A DNA stretch of 64,000 bases, taken from Prochlorococcus marinus CUG1438 (GTDB lineage Bacteria > Cyanobacteriota > Cyanobacteriia > PCC-6307 > Cyanobiaceae). Both the position numbers and the translations under genes were made by a program. The notes beneath the pieces are model-generated. The model saw only the letters and a list, made by a program, of their open reading frames with translations. It did no database searches and had not been told where the DNA came from. Positions 17,407 through 27,124 of the stretch are shown in pieces; within the stretch, counting starts at the first letter, position 1, and each line of letters opens with the position of its first letter. The stretch covers positions 73,974-137,973 of the forward strand of contig JAEPLS010000003.1 of NCBI GenBank assembly GCA_017644325.1. The letters are read 5' to 3'.

Positions 17407-18801
17407 TTGCAAGCAACTAATCCTATTTGGGCGGAAGTTCAACAATTACTCCAAAAAACTTTAAGTAAGCCTTCATTTGAGACATGGATAAGGCCAGCTA
17501 AATTTAATTGCTTTGAGAATGGCTTATTAACCTTAATAGCTCCAAATACATTTTCAAGTGATTGGTTAAGAAAGAATTATTGTGAAACTATTGAAAAGGC
17601 TGCAAAAGAAATTTGTGGCCATGATGTAAAAGTTGTTTTTAAATCTGAAACAATTGTCAATAGCGATTTTATAAATAAGGAGAGCTTAAATGAACAAAAC
17701 GTTAATCACATAAAAAAATCTTTTTCTAATACTAGCCAAGATAATTCTTCAAAAAATCGATCTAAAAATCCTAACGGTTTAAATTTACGTTACGTCTTTA
17801 AAAGATTTGTTGTAGGTCCAAATAGCAGGTTAGCTCATGCCGCGGCTTTAGCAGTTGCAGAATCTCCTGGAAGGGAATTTAATCCACTTTTTATTTGTGG
17901 TGGGGTGGGTCTTGGAAAAACTCATTTAATGCAAGCGATTGGTCATTACAGAGTTGAAATTGATCCAGAAGCAAAAGTCAAGTATGTATCTACAGAAACT
18001 TTTACTAACGATGTTATTAGTGGTATTAGAAGAGATGGAATGACAGCTATTAGAGATAAATATAGAAATGTAGATTTAATTTTAATAGACGATATACAGT
18101 TCTTAGAAGGTAAAGAGTATACCCAGGAAGAATTTTTTCATACTTTTAACGCTCTCCACGAATCAGGAAGTCAAATAGTCATTGCAAGTGATAGGCCTCC
18201 AAATCAATTGTCGGGAATTCAAGAGAGATTAATTTCTCGGTTCTCAATGGGGATGACTGCAGATATTCAACCCCCTGATCTTGAGACAAGGACGGCTATC
18301 CTTCAGAAAAAGGCCGAACAAGAGAGGATGAGTCTTCCCAGAGATTTAATTCAATTTATAGCAGGAAGATTTACTTCTAACATAAGAGAATTGGAAGGGG
18401 CATTCACTAGAGCTGTTGCATTCGCATCAATAACAGGTCTGCCAATGACAGTTCAATCAATTGCCCCGATGCTTGATCCGAATAGTGTTGGAGTAGTTGT
18501 TACTCCAAAACAAGTTATTGATAAAGTTTCAGATTTCTTCAAAGTTTCTACAGATGAATTGATTAGTTCAAGTAGAAGGAAACCAGTAAGCCAAGCAAGA
18601 CAAATAGGCATGTATCTTATGCGTCACGGAACGGATCTAAGCTTGCCGAGAATTGGAGATGAATTTGGTGGAAAAGACCATACAACTGTTATGTATGCAA
18701 TTGAACAAGTTGAAAAAAAATTATCTAGTGATCCTAATATTGCAAGTCAAGTTCAAAAAATAAGGGATTTACTCCAAATAGATTCTAGAAAAAATTCATA
18801 A
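17407..18801 (+). CDS. dnaA: Chromosomal replication initiator DnaA
   Basis: It has the AAA+ Walker [11 protein letters not shown], box VII, and the C-terminal DNA-binding domain (…[35 protein letters not shown]). The start is the TTG given by the track and is uncertain. Confidence 0.95.
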   Translation: MQATNPIWAEVQQLLQKTLSKPSFETWIRPAKFNCFENGLLTLIAPNTFSSDWLRKNYCETIEKAAKEICGHDVKVVFKSETIVNSDFINKESLNEQNVNHIKKSFSNTSQDNSSKNRSKNPNGLNLRYVFKRFVVGPNSRLAHAAALAVAESPGREFNPLFICGGVGLGKTHLMQAIGHYRVEIDPEAKVKYVSTETFTNDVISGIRRDGMTAIRDKYRNVDLILIDDIQFLEGKEYTQEEFFHTFNALHESGSQIVIASDRPPNQLSGIQERLISRFSMGMTADIQPPDLETRTAILQKKAEQERMSLPRDLIQFIAGRFTSNIRELEGAFTRAVAFASITGLPMTVQSIAPMLDPNSVGVVVTPKQVIDKVSDFFKVSTDELISSSRRKPVSQARQIGMYLMRHGTDLSLPRIGDEFGGKDHTTVMYAIEQVEKKLSSDPNIASQVQKIRDLLQIDSRKNS

Positions 18802-20031
18802 TCAAGTATGAATAAAATATTTAGGATCTTGATCATATCTATGATTGAGCGAGATCTTATCAATTTCATTATCTAAACTTTGTTGTTCAATTTTATTTAA
18901 TGATTGTCTTAATAACCTTGCAGAAATAATTGGCATATCTCTTGGAACTGATATTCTATTTTTTAAGTATCTAAGAGAATTTCCTGAGAGTTTATCTGGG
19001 ATTCTTAGTTCACCTGTAATCATATGTGTCAATGCCGATCTCAATGATTCGTCAAAGGATCCTTTATTGTATGGGTTTACTTTAAGTAAATTCTCTTTAT
19101 GCTTTATTACTCTTTTAAGAGCTATCTTGGAGTAATATTTTGAATCATAATTTTTATTGAATTCATAATTACTAAGACCCTCTCCAGAGTCTATTGACTT
19201 AGAAAATGCAATCTGTTGTTCATTAATTTCTGTGTAACATCCACCCATTTGTGGAGGTAAATCATGAGAGTGAGTATGAAAATCTCCCTGTGTCCCTCTA
19301 TAAGAACTAGTCCCTTCAAAAAGAGTAAGCCATTTATCTATATAAAAGTAATTAGATCTTAAGCTAAAACCTTTATAGTAAATCAGTGATGCATTCATTC
19401 TCTCCATATAGGGAATAAAAATTATATCTCCAACACCAGGCTCTAAATCACCAGTATTAGATACTGATGGGTCAACGAATCCTGATTTAGATCTGCTTAA
19501 GATTTCATCAAGTTTAGAAATCGATTCTTTAAATCTCTTTTTTCTAAAAGAGTTGTCTATAGAATTAAAGCTTTCTCTGCAGAGCCAATTACACCAGGAT
19601 CTGAAAATTTCTCTTTCTAATTTTCGAATTTGTGTAAGGTGACTAGATGTTATAAAAGATCCAAGTGCTCCGAATTCATTTTCTAAAAAAGCTATGATAT
19701 CGTCGCTTTCAGTTATAACTTGCTCTTTAAATTGAATTGCAGGTAATTTCCCAGATCTGACTTTTTCAAGGAACCAACTTTCTTTTTGACCGTAGCAAAA
19801 CATATTTATTTTTTTGACTCTGTATGGAATTCTCTTGAATTCAAGCCATAACCATATCTTCTGACAGTAAGGGCACCAAGAATGCCTATCCCTATAAAGG
19901 GTAACTAATACATCATTTTCACTATGACCAAATAATCTTAAATTTGCGTAGGAATTATTTATACCATGAACTCTGTCAAGATCTTCAACTTCAAACTTAT
20001 TAAAATCATCCCATGTCAAAATCCCATTCAT
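18802..20031 (-). CDS. Glutathione-S-transferase / glutaredoxin-like protein with a CPYC motif and a long C-terminal extension
   Basis: HSWCPYCQKIWLWLEFKRIPYRVKKI is a thioredoxin-fold GST N-domain carrying the glutaredoxin-type CPYC site. The remainder looks like a helical GST-C domain plus about 150 additional aa. Confidence 0.72.
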   Translation of the reverse strand: MNGILTWDDFNKFEVEDLDRVHGINNSYANLRLFGHSENDVLVTLYRDRHSWCPYCQKIWLWLEFKRIPYRVKKINMFCYGQKESWFLEKVRSGKLPAIQFKEQVITESDDIIAFLENEFGALGSFITSSHLTQIRKLEREIFRSWCNWLCRESFNSIDNSFRKKRFKESISKLDEILSRSKSGFVDPSVSNTGDLEPGVGDIIFIPYMERMNASLIYYKGFSLRSNYFYIDKWLTLFEGTSSYRGTQGDFHTHSHDLPPQMGGCYTEINEQQIAFSKSIDSGEGLSNYEFNKNYDSKYYSKIALKRVIKHKENLLKVNPYNKGSFDESLRSALTHMITGELRIPDKLSGNSLRYLKNRISVPRDMPIISARLLRQSLNKIEQQSLDNEIDKISLNHRYDQDPKYFIHT

Positions 20032-20067
20032 TATTTGAATTAAAGCTATAAACTAACGTTATAATAA

Positions 20068-21447
20068 TTGATTAAAAAAGTCTTGGAATTTGAATTTGAT
20101 TTAATTGTTGTTGGTGCTGGATCTGGAGGACTTGCGGCGGCAAAACGTGCGGCTAGTTATGGAGCAAAAGTCGCAATCATAGAAGCAAATAAAATTGGAG
20201 GGACTTGTGTGATAAGGGGATGTGTCCCTAAGAAATTGATGGTTTATGCAGCTAAAAGTAAAGAAAATATGGATTCTTCTGAAGGGTATGGATTAAAAAA
20301 TGAAGGTATTAATTTTGAGTCAAATATTTTATTGAAGAATGTTAGAGAAGAGGTTTCTAGACTAAGTGATTTACATAGGAATTCTTTAAAAAGATTTAAT
20401 GTAACAGTTTTTGAGGGTTTAGGAAGATTTATTACTCAAAATGAATTAGAAATTATTTGTCCAAAAACTAAGAAAATCAAAAATAAAATAAGTTCAAAAA
20501 AAATTCTTATTTCAGTTGGAGGTAAACCTAAGAAATTAAATATTCCTGGGGAAGATTTGGCATGGTCTAGTGATGATATTTTTGAATTAGAAAAGTTTCC
20601 CAAATCAATATTAATAGTAGGAGGAGGATATATTGCTTGTGAATTTGCTTCTATTTTCAGAAATTTAGGTACTGAAGTAACTCAATTAATTAGAGGTAAA
20701 CATTTACTTAATGGATTTGATGAGGATCTTTCTTCATGCCTAGAGGAATCACCTACTTTTACTGAAATTAATATAATCTCCAATACTCAATTAAAGTCTA
20801 TCAATAGGGTAAAGAGAAACCTGGAATCTACCCTAGACACGGGGGATAAACTCCTAACTAATAATATCCTTATTGCTACGGGAAGAGAACCAAATCTTTT
20901 GCCTTTGAATTTAGATTTTTTAAATCTAAAGATGGATGGCCAATATTTAGATGTTGATGAACTCAATCAAACAAGCAATGCAAATATTTTTGCAGTTGGC
21001 GATATCATTAATAAACCAAACTTAACTCCAGTAGCAATAGAACAAGGGAGAGTTTTTTCGGATAATTTTTTTAATGATCAAAAAAGAAAAGTAAATTATG
21101 AATATATCCCTAAGGCGGTTTTTACTATTCCAGAAATTTCAACAGTTGGCTTAAGTGAGAAAAGAGCTAAAGAGATTTACTCTGAAAAAAATATAAAAAT
21201 TTTCAAATGCCAATTCACCCCTATGTCTAATACCTTTAGGAAGAAAAAATCAAAATGTATGTTGAAGATTGTAGTTCATAAGATGACTGAAAAAGTCCTA
21301 GGATGTCATATGTTTGGAGAAACATCGTCTGAGATTATTCAAATGGTATCAATTTCATTAAATGCAGGGATAACAAAAAAAGACTTTGATATTACTATGG
21401 CTTTGCACCCAACTATCTCAGAAGAATTTGTGACTATGTATGGATGA
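20068..21447 (+). CDS. gor: Glutathione reductase
   Basis: It has the FAD motif DLIVVGAGSGG, the redox-active disulfide GGTCVIRGCVPKK, and the C-terminal HPT(I/S)SEE interface motif. The start is a TTG and is uncertain by a few codons. Confidence 0.9.
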   Translation: MIKKVLEFEFDLIVVGAGSGGLAAAKRAASYGAKVAIIEANKIGGTCVIRGCVPKKLMVYAAKSKENMDSSEGYGLKNEGINFESNILLKNVREEVSRLSDLHRNSLKRFNVTVFEGLGRFITQNELEIICPKTKKIKNKISSKKILISVGGKPKKLNIPGEDLAWSSDDIFELEKFPKSILIVGGGYIACEFASIFRNLGTEVTQLIRGKHLLNGFDEDLSSCLEESPTFTEINIISNTQLKSINRVKRNLESTLDTGDKLLTNNILIATGREPNLLPLNLDFLNLKMDGQYLDVDELNQTSNANIFAVGDIINKPNLTPVAIEQGRVFSDNFFNDQKRKVNYEYIPKAVFTIPEISTVGLSEKRAKEIYSEKNIKIFKCQFTPMSNTFRKKKSKCMLKIVVHKMTEKVLGCHMFGETSSEIIQMVSISLNAGITKKDFDITMALHPTISEEFVTMYG

Positions 21448-21449
21448 AT

Positions 21450-22529
21450 TTATGAATTAGAAAATTTTAATTTTTCTTGAAAAATCAGAAACACTATAAG
21501 TAACGCGAAGTAAATAAATAAACCTATCCTTAATTCAGAGAGATAATTAAATCCATTCAAAAAAAATATCTTATCGAGAATGTAAAAAATATAAAAATTA
21601 ATCAAAATAAACCCTTCAATTCTAGTGATTTTCCCTTTGCTCCAGAATATTGGTAAGCATGCAAAGGTAGTTAAAACCATAAAAGGTAAGTCAACTTTTA
21701 TTAGACTTTGTTCAATTTCTAAACCTTTAAATCCTGAAAAAATACTACAGCTTCCAAGGATTAGAAGTTGATTGAGCAGATTACTTCCAATTACATTCCC
21801 AATCGCAAGATCTGTTTTACCTTTAAATGCAGCAATTATTGAAGTTACTAATTCTGGTAAAGATGTTCCTGTGGCGACAATAGTTAAACCAATAACAATT
21901 TCATTTACACCCAAAAGAGTAGCAAGTGTTTGAGAACCATTTACTAAAATATTTGAACCTAAGCTTAAAAGAAATATTCCCAATATTAACTTCATTAAAA
22001 TATTAAGTCTCCCTTTATCGTTATCTTTGAATTCTTCTATTTCTGGTTCCGCATCTTTTGTCTCCTCTCCTCTTTCATTGATAGTATTAATTTCCCATAT
22101 TGTATTTAAGATTAAACAAAGTATTAGAAAGATACCTGCTTGAAGTGTTAATAAGCCTGTTGATGACATAGCCCAAACTGCACAAGAGATAGCCATTAAC
22201 AGAGGTACATCTCTTCTGACTATTCTGCTTTTCACCTTAAGAGGTTTTATCAATGAGCTTATACCTAAAACAACGAGAACATTGAAAATATTGCTTCCAA
22301 TTACATTGCTTGCGGCAATTGAATCACTCCCTTTTAAAATTGAACTTAAACTTACCAACAACTCAGGAGAGCTTGTTCCAAGAGAAACAACTGTTAAGCC
22401 AATTACTATTTGGGGTATTCCTAAAATAAAAGATAAGAATATGGCTCCTTGAATAAAGAACTCTCCTCCAGCAAAAAGTAGAACTACTCCTAAAACTATT
22501 TCTATTATTGGAAATAAAAGATCATTCAT
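21450..22529 (-). CDS. CaCA-family Na+/Ca2+ (cation/Ca2+) antiporter, YrbG-like
   Basis: There are two internal alpha-repeats (GTSSPELLVS and GTSLPELVTS) within a protein of about 10 TM segments. Confidence 0.85.
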   Translation of the reverse strand: MNDLLFPIIEIVLGVVLLFAGGEFFIQGAIFLSFILGIPQIVIGLTVVSLGTSSPELLVSLSSILKGSDSIAASNVIGSNIFNVLVVLGISSLIKPLKVKSRIVRRDVPLLMAISCAVWAMSSTGLLTLQAGIFLILCLILNTIWEINTINERGEETKDAEPEIEEFKDNDKGRLNILMKLILGIFLLSLGSNILVNGSQTLATLLGVNEIVIGLTIVATGTSLPELVTSIIAAFKGKTDLAIGNVIGSNLLNQLLILGSCSIFSGFKGLEIEQSLIKVDLPFMVLTTFACLPIFWSKGKITRIEGFILINFYIFYILDKIFFLNGFNYLSELRIGLFIYFALLIVFLIFQEKLKFSNS

Positions 22530-22646
22530 ATTTAGGTTTCTATTTAGAGAATAAAAATTTTATAGTTGGTTAATAACTATCCTCGATTATCTATAATTTA
22601 TTGTCAATTTTAATTTGCTGTTAAAATTAATTAAATAAAAAAAATT

Positions 22647-23696
22647 TTGAATACTTTAACCATAATAAAACCTGATGATTGGCATTTACATTTAAGAGAA
22701 GGTCTTGTATTAAAAAATATTATTCATTTTACTTCGGAATTTTTTGGGAGAGCTATCGTTATGCCAAATACTAAAACTCCCATTACATCTGTTGAAAGCG
22801 CTGTCTCTTACAAAAAATCTATTGTTGAAGCGTTACCAGAAAGTTCTAAGTTTGAACCACTAATGACAATTTATCTTACAGATGATACTGATAAAGGAGA
22901 ACTACTAAATGGTTTTAAAAATAATGTCTTTTTCGCAGCAAAATTATATCCTGCTAATTCCACAACAAACTCCAATCATGGAGTTAGGAAAATAGAAAAT
23001 CTATATAAGATTTTTGAATTAATGCAAGATTCTGGAATGCCTCTTTTAATTCATGGGGAAGTTACTGATTCGGAAGTAGATGTATTCGATAGAGAAGAAG
23101 TTTTTATAGATAAAGAACTCTCTCAAATAATTAAAAGATTTCCAAAATTAAAAATCGTTTTAGAGCATATAACTACCTCTTATGCAGTGAATTTTGTTCA
23201 AGAAAATAATATTGGGGCTACTATCACTCCTCATCATTTGCATATAAATAGAAATGCAATGTTTTTTGGAGGCTTAAATAGTGATTTTTACTGCTTACCA
23301 GTTGCTAAGAGGGAAAATAATAGACTCGCTTTAAGGAAAGCTGCAACAAGTGGCGATAAATGTTTTTTCTTGGGAACTGACTCTGCTCCTCACCTCAGGA
23401 AGTGGAAGGCTTTTTGTGGATGTGCAGGTATTTTTAATTCACCAGTAGCAATAGAAAGCTATTTAACAGTTTTCGAAGAGGAGGATGCTCTAGATAATTT
23501 TGAAAAGTTTGCAAGTTTGAATGGCCCTAATTTTTATAACTTGCCCCCAAATAAAGAAAAATTAAAATTAGTGTCTAGACCAAATAAAATTAAAGAATTT
23601 ATCGAAGTTGTTGAAGAAAAAAATATTGTAGGACAAATAAAACCATTTCATGCAGGTGAAACTTTACAATGGCAAGTTGAAGGGATAGTAAATTAA
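22647..23696 (+). CDS. pyrC: Dihydroorotase (class II, homodimeric type)
   Basis: DDWHLHLREG…MPNT…KLYPANSTTNS…HGE…EHITT…GTDSAPH are typical PyrC metal ligands. Confidence 0.9.
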   Translation: MNTLTIIKPDDWHLHLREGLVLKNIIHFTSEFFGRAIVMPNTKTPITSVESAVSYKKSIVEALPESSKFEPLMTIYLTDDTDKGELLNGFKNNVFFAAKLYPANSTTNSNHGVRKIENLYKIFELMQDSGMPLLIHGEVTDSEVDVFDREEVFIDKELSQIIKRFPKLKIVLEHITTSYAVNFVQENNIGATITPHHLHINRNAMFFGGLNSDFYCLPVAKRENNRLALRKAATSGDKCFFLGTDSAPHLRKWKAFCGCAGIFNSPVAIESYLTVFEEEDALDNFEKFASLNGPNFYNLPPNKEKLKLVSRPNKIKEFIEVVEEKNIVGQIKPFHAGETLQWQVEGIVN

Positions 23697-23797
23697 AAAA
23701 TTTTGATTTAATCAGACAATTAAAAGTGTAAATATTCCAATTTTTCTTGGTTAAATGGGTTACTTTCAGCTACGATTAGAAAGCGCAAATTCCCTTT

Positions 23798-23883
23798 GGG
23801 AGTGTGGCGGAATTGGTAGACGCGCCGGACTTAAAATCCGTCGAGCGATTTAGCTCGTGGGGGTTCAAGTCCCCCCACTCCCA
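23798..23883 (+). tRNA. trnL: tRNA-Leu(UAA), class II with a long variable arm. It has no intron, and CCA is not encoded.
   Basis: I folded the cloverleaf manually. Acceptor stem: GGGAGTG/CACTCCC. D arm: GCG…CGC. Anticodon stem: CGGA/TCCG, with a C27·U43 mismatch. Anticodon loop: CT-TAA-AA. Variable arm: CGAGC-gattta-GCTCG. T arm: GGGGG-TTCAAGT-CCCCC. Discriminator: A. Confidence 0.92.
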
Positions 23884-23957
23884 TTATTTAATTATTTTTA
23901 GTTCTGACGATAACTTCCAAGAGTTGTTATGTTTTAACTAAGTAACCATAAATTAAA

Positions 23958-24191
23958 ATGGAAAGTTTTTTCAATAATTCATTTGCTACTTTAATTGCTT
24001 ATATTGGAATTATTTCAACCTATTTATTGGTTATCCCTTTGATACTTTTTTACTGGATGAATAATAGATGGAATATTATGGGCAAATTTGAAAGATTAGG
24101 AATTTATGGCCTTGTATTTCTTTTCTTTCCAGGTTTAATTTTATTTTCTCCATTTTTAAATCTCAGACTAAAAGGAAGTGGTAAAGGGTAA
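23958..24191 (+). CDS. ndhL: NDH-1 subunit L (NdhL/IctA)
   Basis: The 77-aa two-TM protein contains …[48 protein letters not shown], which matches NdhL. The conserved ndhL–trpA neighbourhood supports the call. Confidence 0.85.
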   Translation: MESFFNNSFATLIAYIGIISTYLLVIPLILFYWMNNRWNIMGKFERLGIYGLVFLFFPGLILFSPFLNLRLKGSGKG

Positions 24192-24195
24192 ATAA

Positions 24196-24516
24196 TTGAC
24201 TAAAGGAAAAGTTATACAAATAGGTCTATTTATTTCATTAATAGGATTAATTAGTTATAAATTTGCACCGCAAATCGGGATCGATAATTTTACAGCCACT
24301 ACTCTCTCAAGTTGTATCTTGATTTTGATTGTTATTACTTGGGTAACATCTTATGTTTATAGAGTTGTAAATGGAAAAATGACTTTTATGGAACAAAGGA
24401 AGCGTTATAGAAAAGAGTATGAAAAAGTTGTTAATGATAAACTAGAAAGCAAATTCAACTCATTGTCAAAGGAAGAGCAGGAAAAACTAATGGAAGATTT
24501 AGAAAAAAATACTTAA
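24196..24516 (+). CDS. Conserved cyanobacterial membrane protein (DUF3007-like)
   Basis: The 106-aa ORF has two TM helices followed by a charged tail (RKRYRKEYEKVVNDKLE…EEQEKLMEDLEK). The family name is from memory. Confidence 0.6.
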   Translation: MTKGKVIQIGLFISLIGLISYKFAPQIGIDNFTATTLSSCILILIVITWVTSYVYRVVNGKMTFMEQRKRYRKEYEKVVNDKLESKFNSLSKEEQEKLMEDLEKNT

Positions 24517-24544
24517 ATTATTCATAGAAAAATATCTAAAAATT

Positions 24545-25387
24545 ATGAAAGATAGCAAAATGCAAATTACTAAAAATGAATCTTTATCTAAGGTAGATGA
24601 AATGTTTTGTGAGTTAAAAAATAATAAAAGATTAGCTTTGATGCCTTTTATAATGGCTGGGGATCCCAATATTGAAATAACTTCTGAGATCTTATTAAAG
24701 TTACAAGAGAATGGAGCTGACCTTATTGAATTAGGTGTCCCTTACAGTGACCCACTTGCAGACGGACCTGTTATCCAAGTGGCGGCCTCTCGCGCCTTAA
24801 AGTCTGGTACTAACTTAGGTAAAGTAATTAAACTTTTAGAATCTTTAAAACGTAAATTAAATATTCCCATCATCCTTTTTTCTTACTTAAATCCATTACT
24901 GTGTTTTGGATTTGAAAAGTTTTGTGAGATGGCATCCAATGCTGGTGTTTCTGGACTCATAGTTCCTGATCTCCCTTTAGAGGAAGCTTATAAATTTTCT
25001 AGAATAGTTAGTAATTATTCTATGGACTTGATTTTATTGGTAGCTCCAACTACTCCTTTTGAAAGAATGAAACAAATATCAAATCATACAAAAGGATTTA
25101 CTTATTTAGTAAGTGTTACAGGTGTCACTGGTGAGAGAAACAAAATGGAAAATAGAGTAGAAAATCTTATTGCTAAATTAAAAGATGTAAACAGCAATCC
25201 AATTGCTGTTGGCTTTGGAATATCCACTCCAGAACATGTTAATAAAGTTCGTGAGTGGGGAGCTGATGGAGTAATTATTGGGAGTGCATTTGTAAAACGA
25301 ATTTCTAGTTCAAGTGAAAAAGATGTTGTAGATCACGTTGGTGAATTTTGTAAAGAAATGCGTTTAGCTGCTGATCAAAAAAAATAA
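24545..25387 (+). CDS. trpA: Tryptophan synthase alpha chain
   Basis: Supporting motifs are ALMPFIMAGDP…DLIELGVPYSDPLADGPVIQ…GFGISTPEH. Confidence 0.93.
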   Translation: MKDSKMQITKNESLSKVDEMFCELKNNKRLALMPFIMAGDPNIEITSEILLKLQENGADLIELGVPYSDPLADGPVIQVAASRALKSGTNLGKVIKLLESLKRKLNIPIILFSYLNPLLCFGFEKFCEMASNAGVSGLIVPDLPLEEAYKFSRIVSNYSMDLILLVAPTTPFERMKQISNHTKGFTYLVSVTGVTGERNKMENRVENLIAKLKDVNSNPIAVGFGISTPEHVNKVREWGADGVIIGSAFVKRISSSSEKDVVDHVGEFCKEMRLAADQKK

Positions 25388-25467
25388 ATATAAAGATTTT
25401 TTATTAATTAAAAAAAATTATTACAGAAAATTAATTAAAAATGATATCCAATTTATTTTTGTTGTCT

Positions 25468-25824
25468 TTAAGATTCTTCTGTAGGTAATAATCTGATTTG
25501 CTTTCTTCCGAGCTTAATTTCGAATTCATCACCTGCTTTTAAATCAAGAAGTGCTGTATATGCTTTTCCAATCAGAAGATTACCATTGCCTTGAACTGTA
25601 GCTATATAACTAAGTTTTCTTCCACCCTTCCCAATGCCCGCAACTCTAGAATCACCAAGATTAACCCCTTTTGCTTCTAAAAGTGCTTCATAAAATGCAG
25701 TAAAGTTTAAGCGTTCACTTCCGTTTTTCTTAGTGGAAACATATCCACAGGCGCGAACTAGGTCAGATTTGCTAACATCACCTAGTTCTTTTACTTTTGC
25801 AAGGAGATCGCTACCAGTTAGCAT
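25468..25824 (-). CDS. cyAbrB-family transcriptional regulator (C-terminal AbrB/SpoVT domain)
   Basis: The 118-aa ORF has the N-terminal domain conserved in cyanobacterial AbrB-like proteins and a C-terminus reading …TVQGNGNLLIGKAYTALLDLKAGDEFEIKLGRKQIRLLP. Confidence 0.8.
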   Translation of the reverse strand: MLTGSDLLAKVKELGDVSKSDLVRACGYVSTKKNGSERLNFTAFYEALLEAKGVNLGDSRVAGIGKGGRKLSYIATVQGNGNLLIGKAYTALLDLKAGDEFEIKLGRKQIRLLPTEES

Positions 25825-25921
25825 AATTAATTAAAAGAAAGTTGTATTAAATAACATAGCAATTTGCATGTAATATATGCAATTATTTAGTATATATTTA
25901 TTCTATTATTTATATTTAAAA

Positions 25922-26191
25922 ATGGAAAAGTTTGTAGTTTTTGGAAGGTACTGTGAAGATGCAACTTTTAAAAGGGAACCATTTCGTGAACAACATCTTA
26001 ATAGGCTTAAAAACTTAAAAGATCGTGATATTCTAATTACATTAGGGCCAACAAAATGTACCAAATATTTGTTTGGAATTTTTAATGCTAAAGATGTAAA
26101 GGAGTTGAAATATCTTATTGAGGAAGATATATATTGGGAAAAAGGTATATGGATTAATTATGATATATATCCCTGGATTCAGGCATTCTAA
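25922..26191 (+). CDS. YCII-related domain protein
   Basis: MEKFVVFGRYCEDATFKREPFREQHLNRLKNLKDRDILITLGP… is YciI-like. I prefer the internal ATG at 25922, because the 15 upstream codons (MQLFSIYLFYYLYLK) look like translated AT-rich spacer. Confidence 0.7.
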   Translation: MEKFVVFGRYCEDATFKREPFREQHLNRLKNLKDRDILITLGPTKCTKYLFGIFNAKDVKELKYLIEEDIYWEKGIWINYDIYPWIQAF

Positions 26192-26397
26192 ATATGATTT
26201 ATAAAAAAAAATTAGTAATTATTAACTATTAATTAAAATAACTAATTGTATTAACTATTCATAATATTTTTGCTTTAATAATGCAATTATTTATCATATT
26301 GAGGAGTTAAAACGATATTTATTTAACGGTTAGTTTTAAGAGTTTGTATCATTTTTTATTAAAAATATAATATCTTAAATAATATCTAAAATATTAT

Positions 26398-26718
26398 TTA
26401 TTTACTAATATCTTGATTTATCTGGTTTACTAATGAGTCGATATCTAGTTGATTATAAGGTGGTGTTTGTTTTGTTTCTCGATAATCGTTCTTGATATCG
26501 TTTAACCATTTTTGCTCAATCTTTATAAGATTTTTTGCAATATTGAATATGCCCCCTTTTTTATATAATTCTTTAATTTTGAGAATAATCTCCGAGGTTC
26601 TGCTCGATTTAATATTTAATTCATTTGCTAAGTCTTTTTGGGTAAATCCATGCGACTTTAACCAATCTTTAATGAAGGCGACGAGTTCTTTTTCTTCCTG
26701 TATAGATAATTTACTCAT
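26398..26718 (-). CDS. Small helix-turn-helix protein (XRE/Cro-like HTH), otherwise uncharacterised
   Basis: The segment …HGFTQKDLANELNIKSSRTSEIILKIKE… has the HTH pattern. The start abuts the stop of the upstream DUF1232 gene with a 0-nt gap. Confidence 0.6.
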   Translation of the reverse strand: MSKLSIQEEKELVAFIKDWLKSHGFTQKDLANELNIKSSRTSEIILKIKELYKKGGIFNIAKNLIKIEQKWLNDIKNDYRETKQTPPYNQLDIDSLVNQINQDISK

Positions 26719-27087
26719 TCAATAAAAAGGGAATAACTTGTTAAGCTTATTTTCTGCTCTTGCTCTTATTGAGGGAGTCATGTATTTGCTCCATATACTT
26801 AGTACTGCTGTGAGGGCTACAAAATCATCACTAAAACCAACTAATGGCATAAAGTCAGGGAAAAGATCAAATGGCATAATCAAATATGCTAGAGCAGCCA
26901 TTAATGAAACTCTTACTTGTGCTGGAGTATAAGGATCTAAAGCCATCTCCAAAACTTCTAAGGCAGGCTTGGCAATTGTTCTTCCTGCTTTAATAAGAAT
27001 CTTAATAATGATATTTTCATCTAATGTTGAACTCTCTAAAACTTCAGCATCATAGATTTTTTCTTGGGTTTTGTAATTCTCTTTCAT
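26719..27087 (-). CDS. DUF1232 (YkvA-like) membrane protein
   Basis: LAYLIMPFDLFPDFMPLVGFSDDFVALTAVLSIW is the characteristic DUF1232 motif. Confidence 0.75.
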   Translation of the reverse strand: MKENYKTQEKIYDAEVLESSTLDENIIIKILIKAGRTIAKPALEVLEMALDPYTPAQVRVSLMAALAYLIMPFDLFPDFMPLVGFSDDFVALTAVLSIWSKYMTPSIRARAENKLNKLFPFY

Positions 27088-27124
27088 CCTTATAAATGAA
27101 ATCTAAATATTGTTAATGGAATTT

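Noticed and set aside
23697-23957. tRNA-Leu as the boundary of a genomic island
   Set aside because: Both neighbours (pyrC, ndhL-trpA) are core genes. There is no integrase and no direct repeat of the tRNA 3' end.
25877-26293. 13-nt repeat ATGCAATTATTTA on both sides of the YCII gene (25877 and 26281)
   Set aside because: The sequence is almost pure A/T in very AT-rich spacers. A rough estimate gives a non-negligible chance expectation, and there is no associated structure or ORF.
26192-26397. 206-bp AT-rich convergent spacer as a possible sRNA or small-protein locus
   Set aside because: I could find no G+C-rich island, no stable hairpin and no plausible small ORF with a start context. It most likely holds only the 3' UTRs of the two convergent genes.
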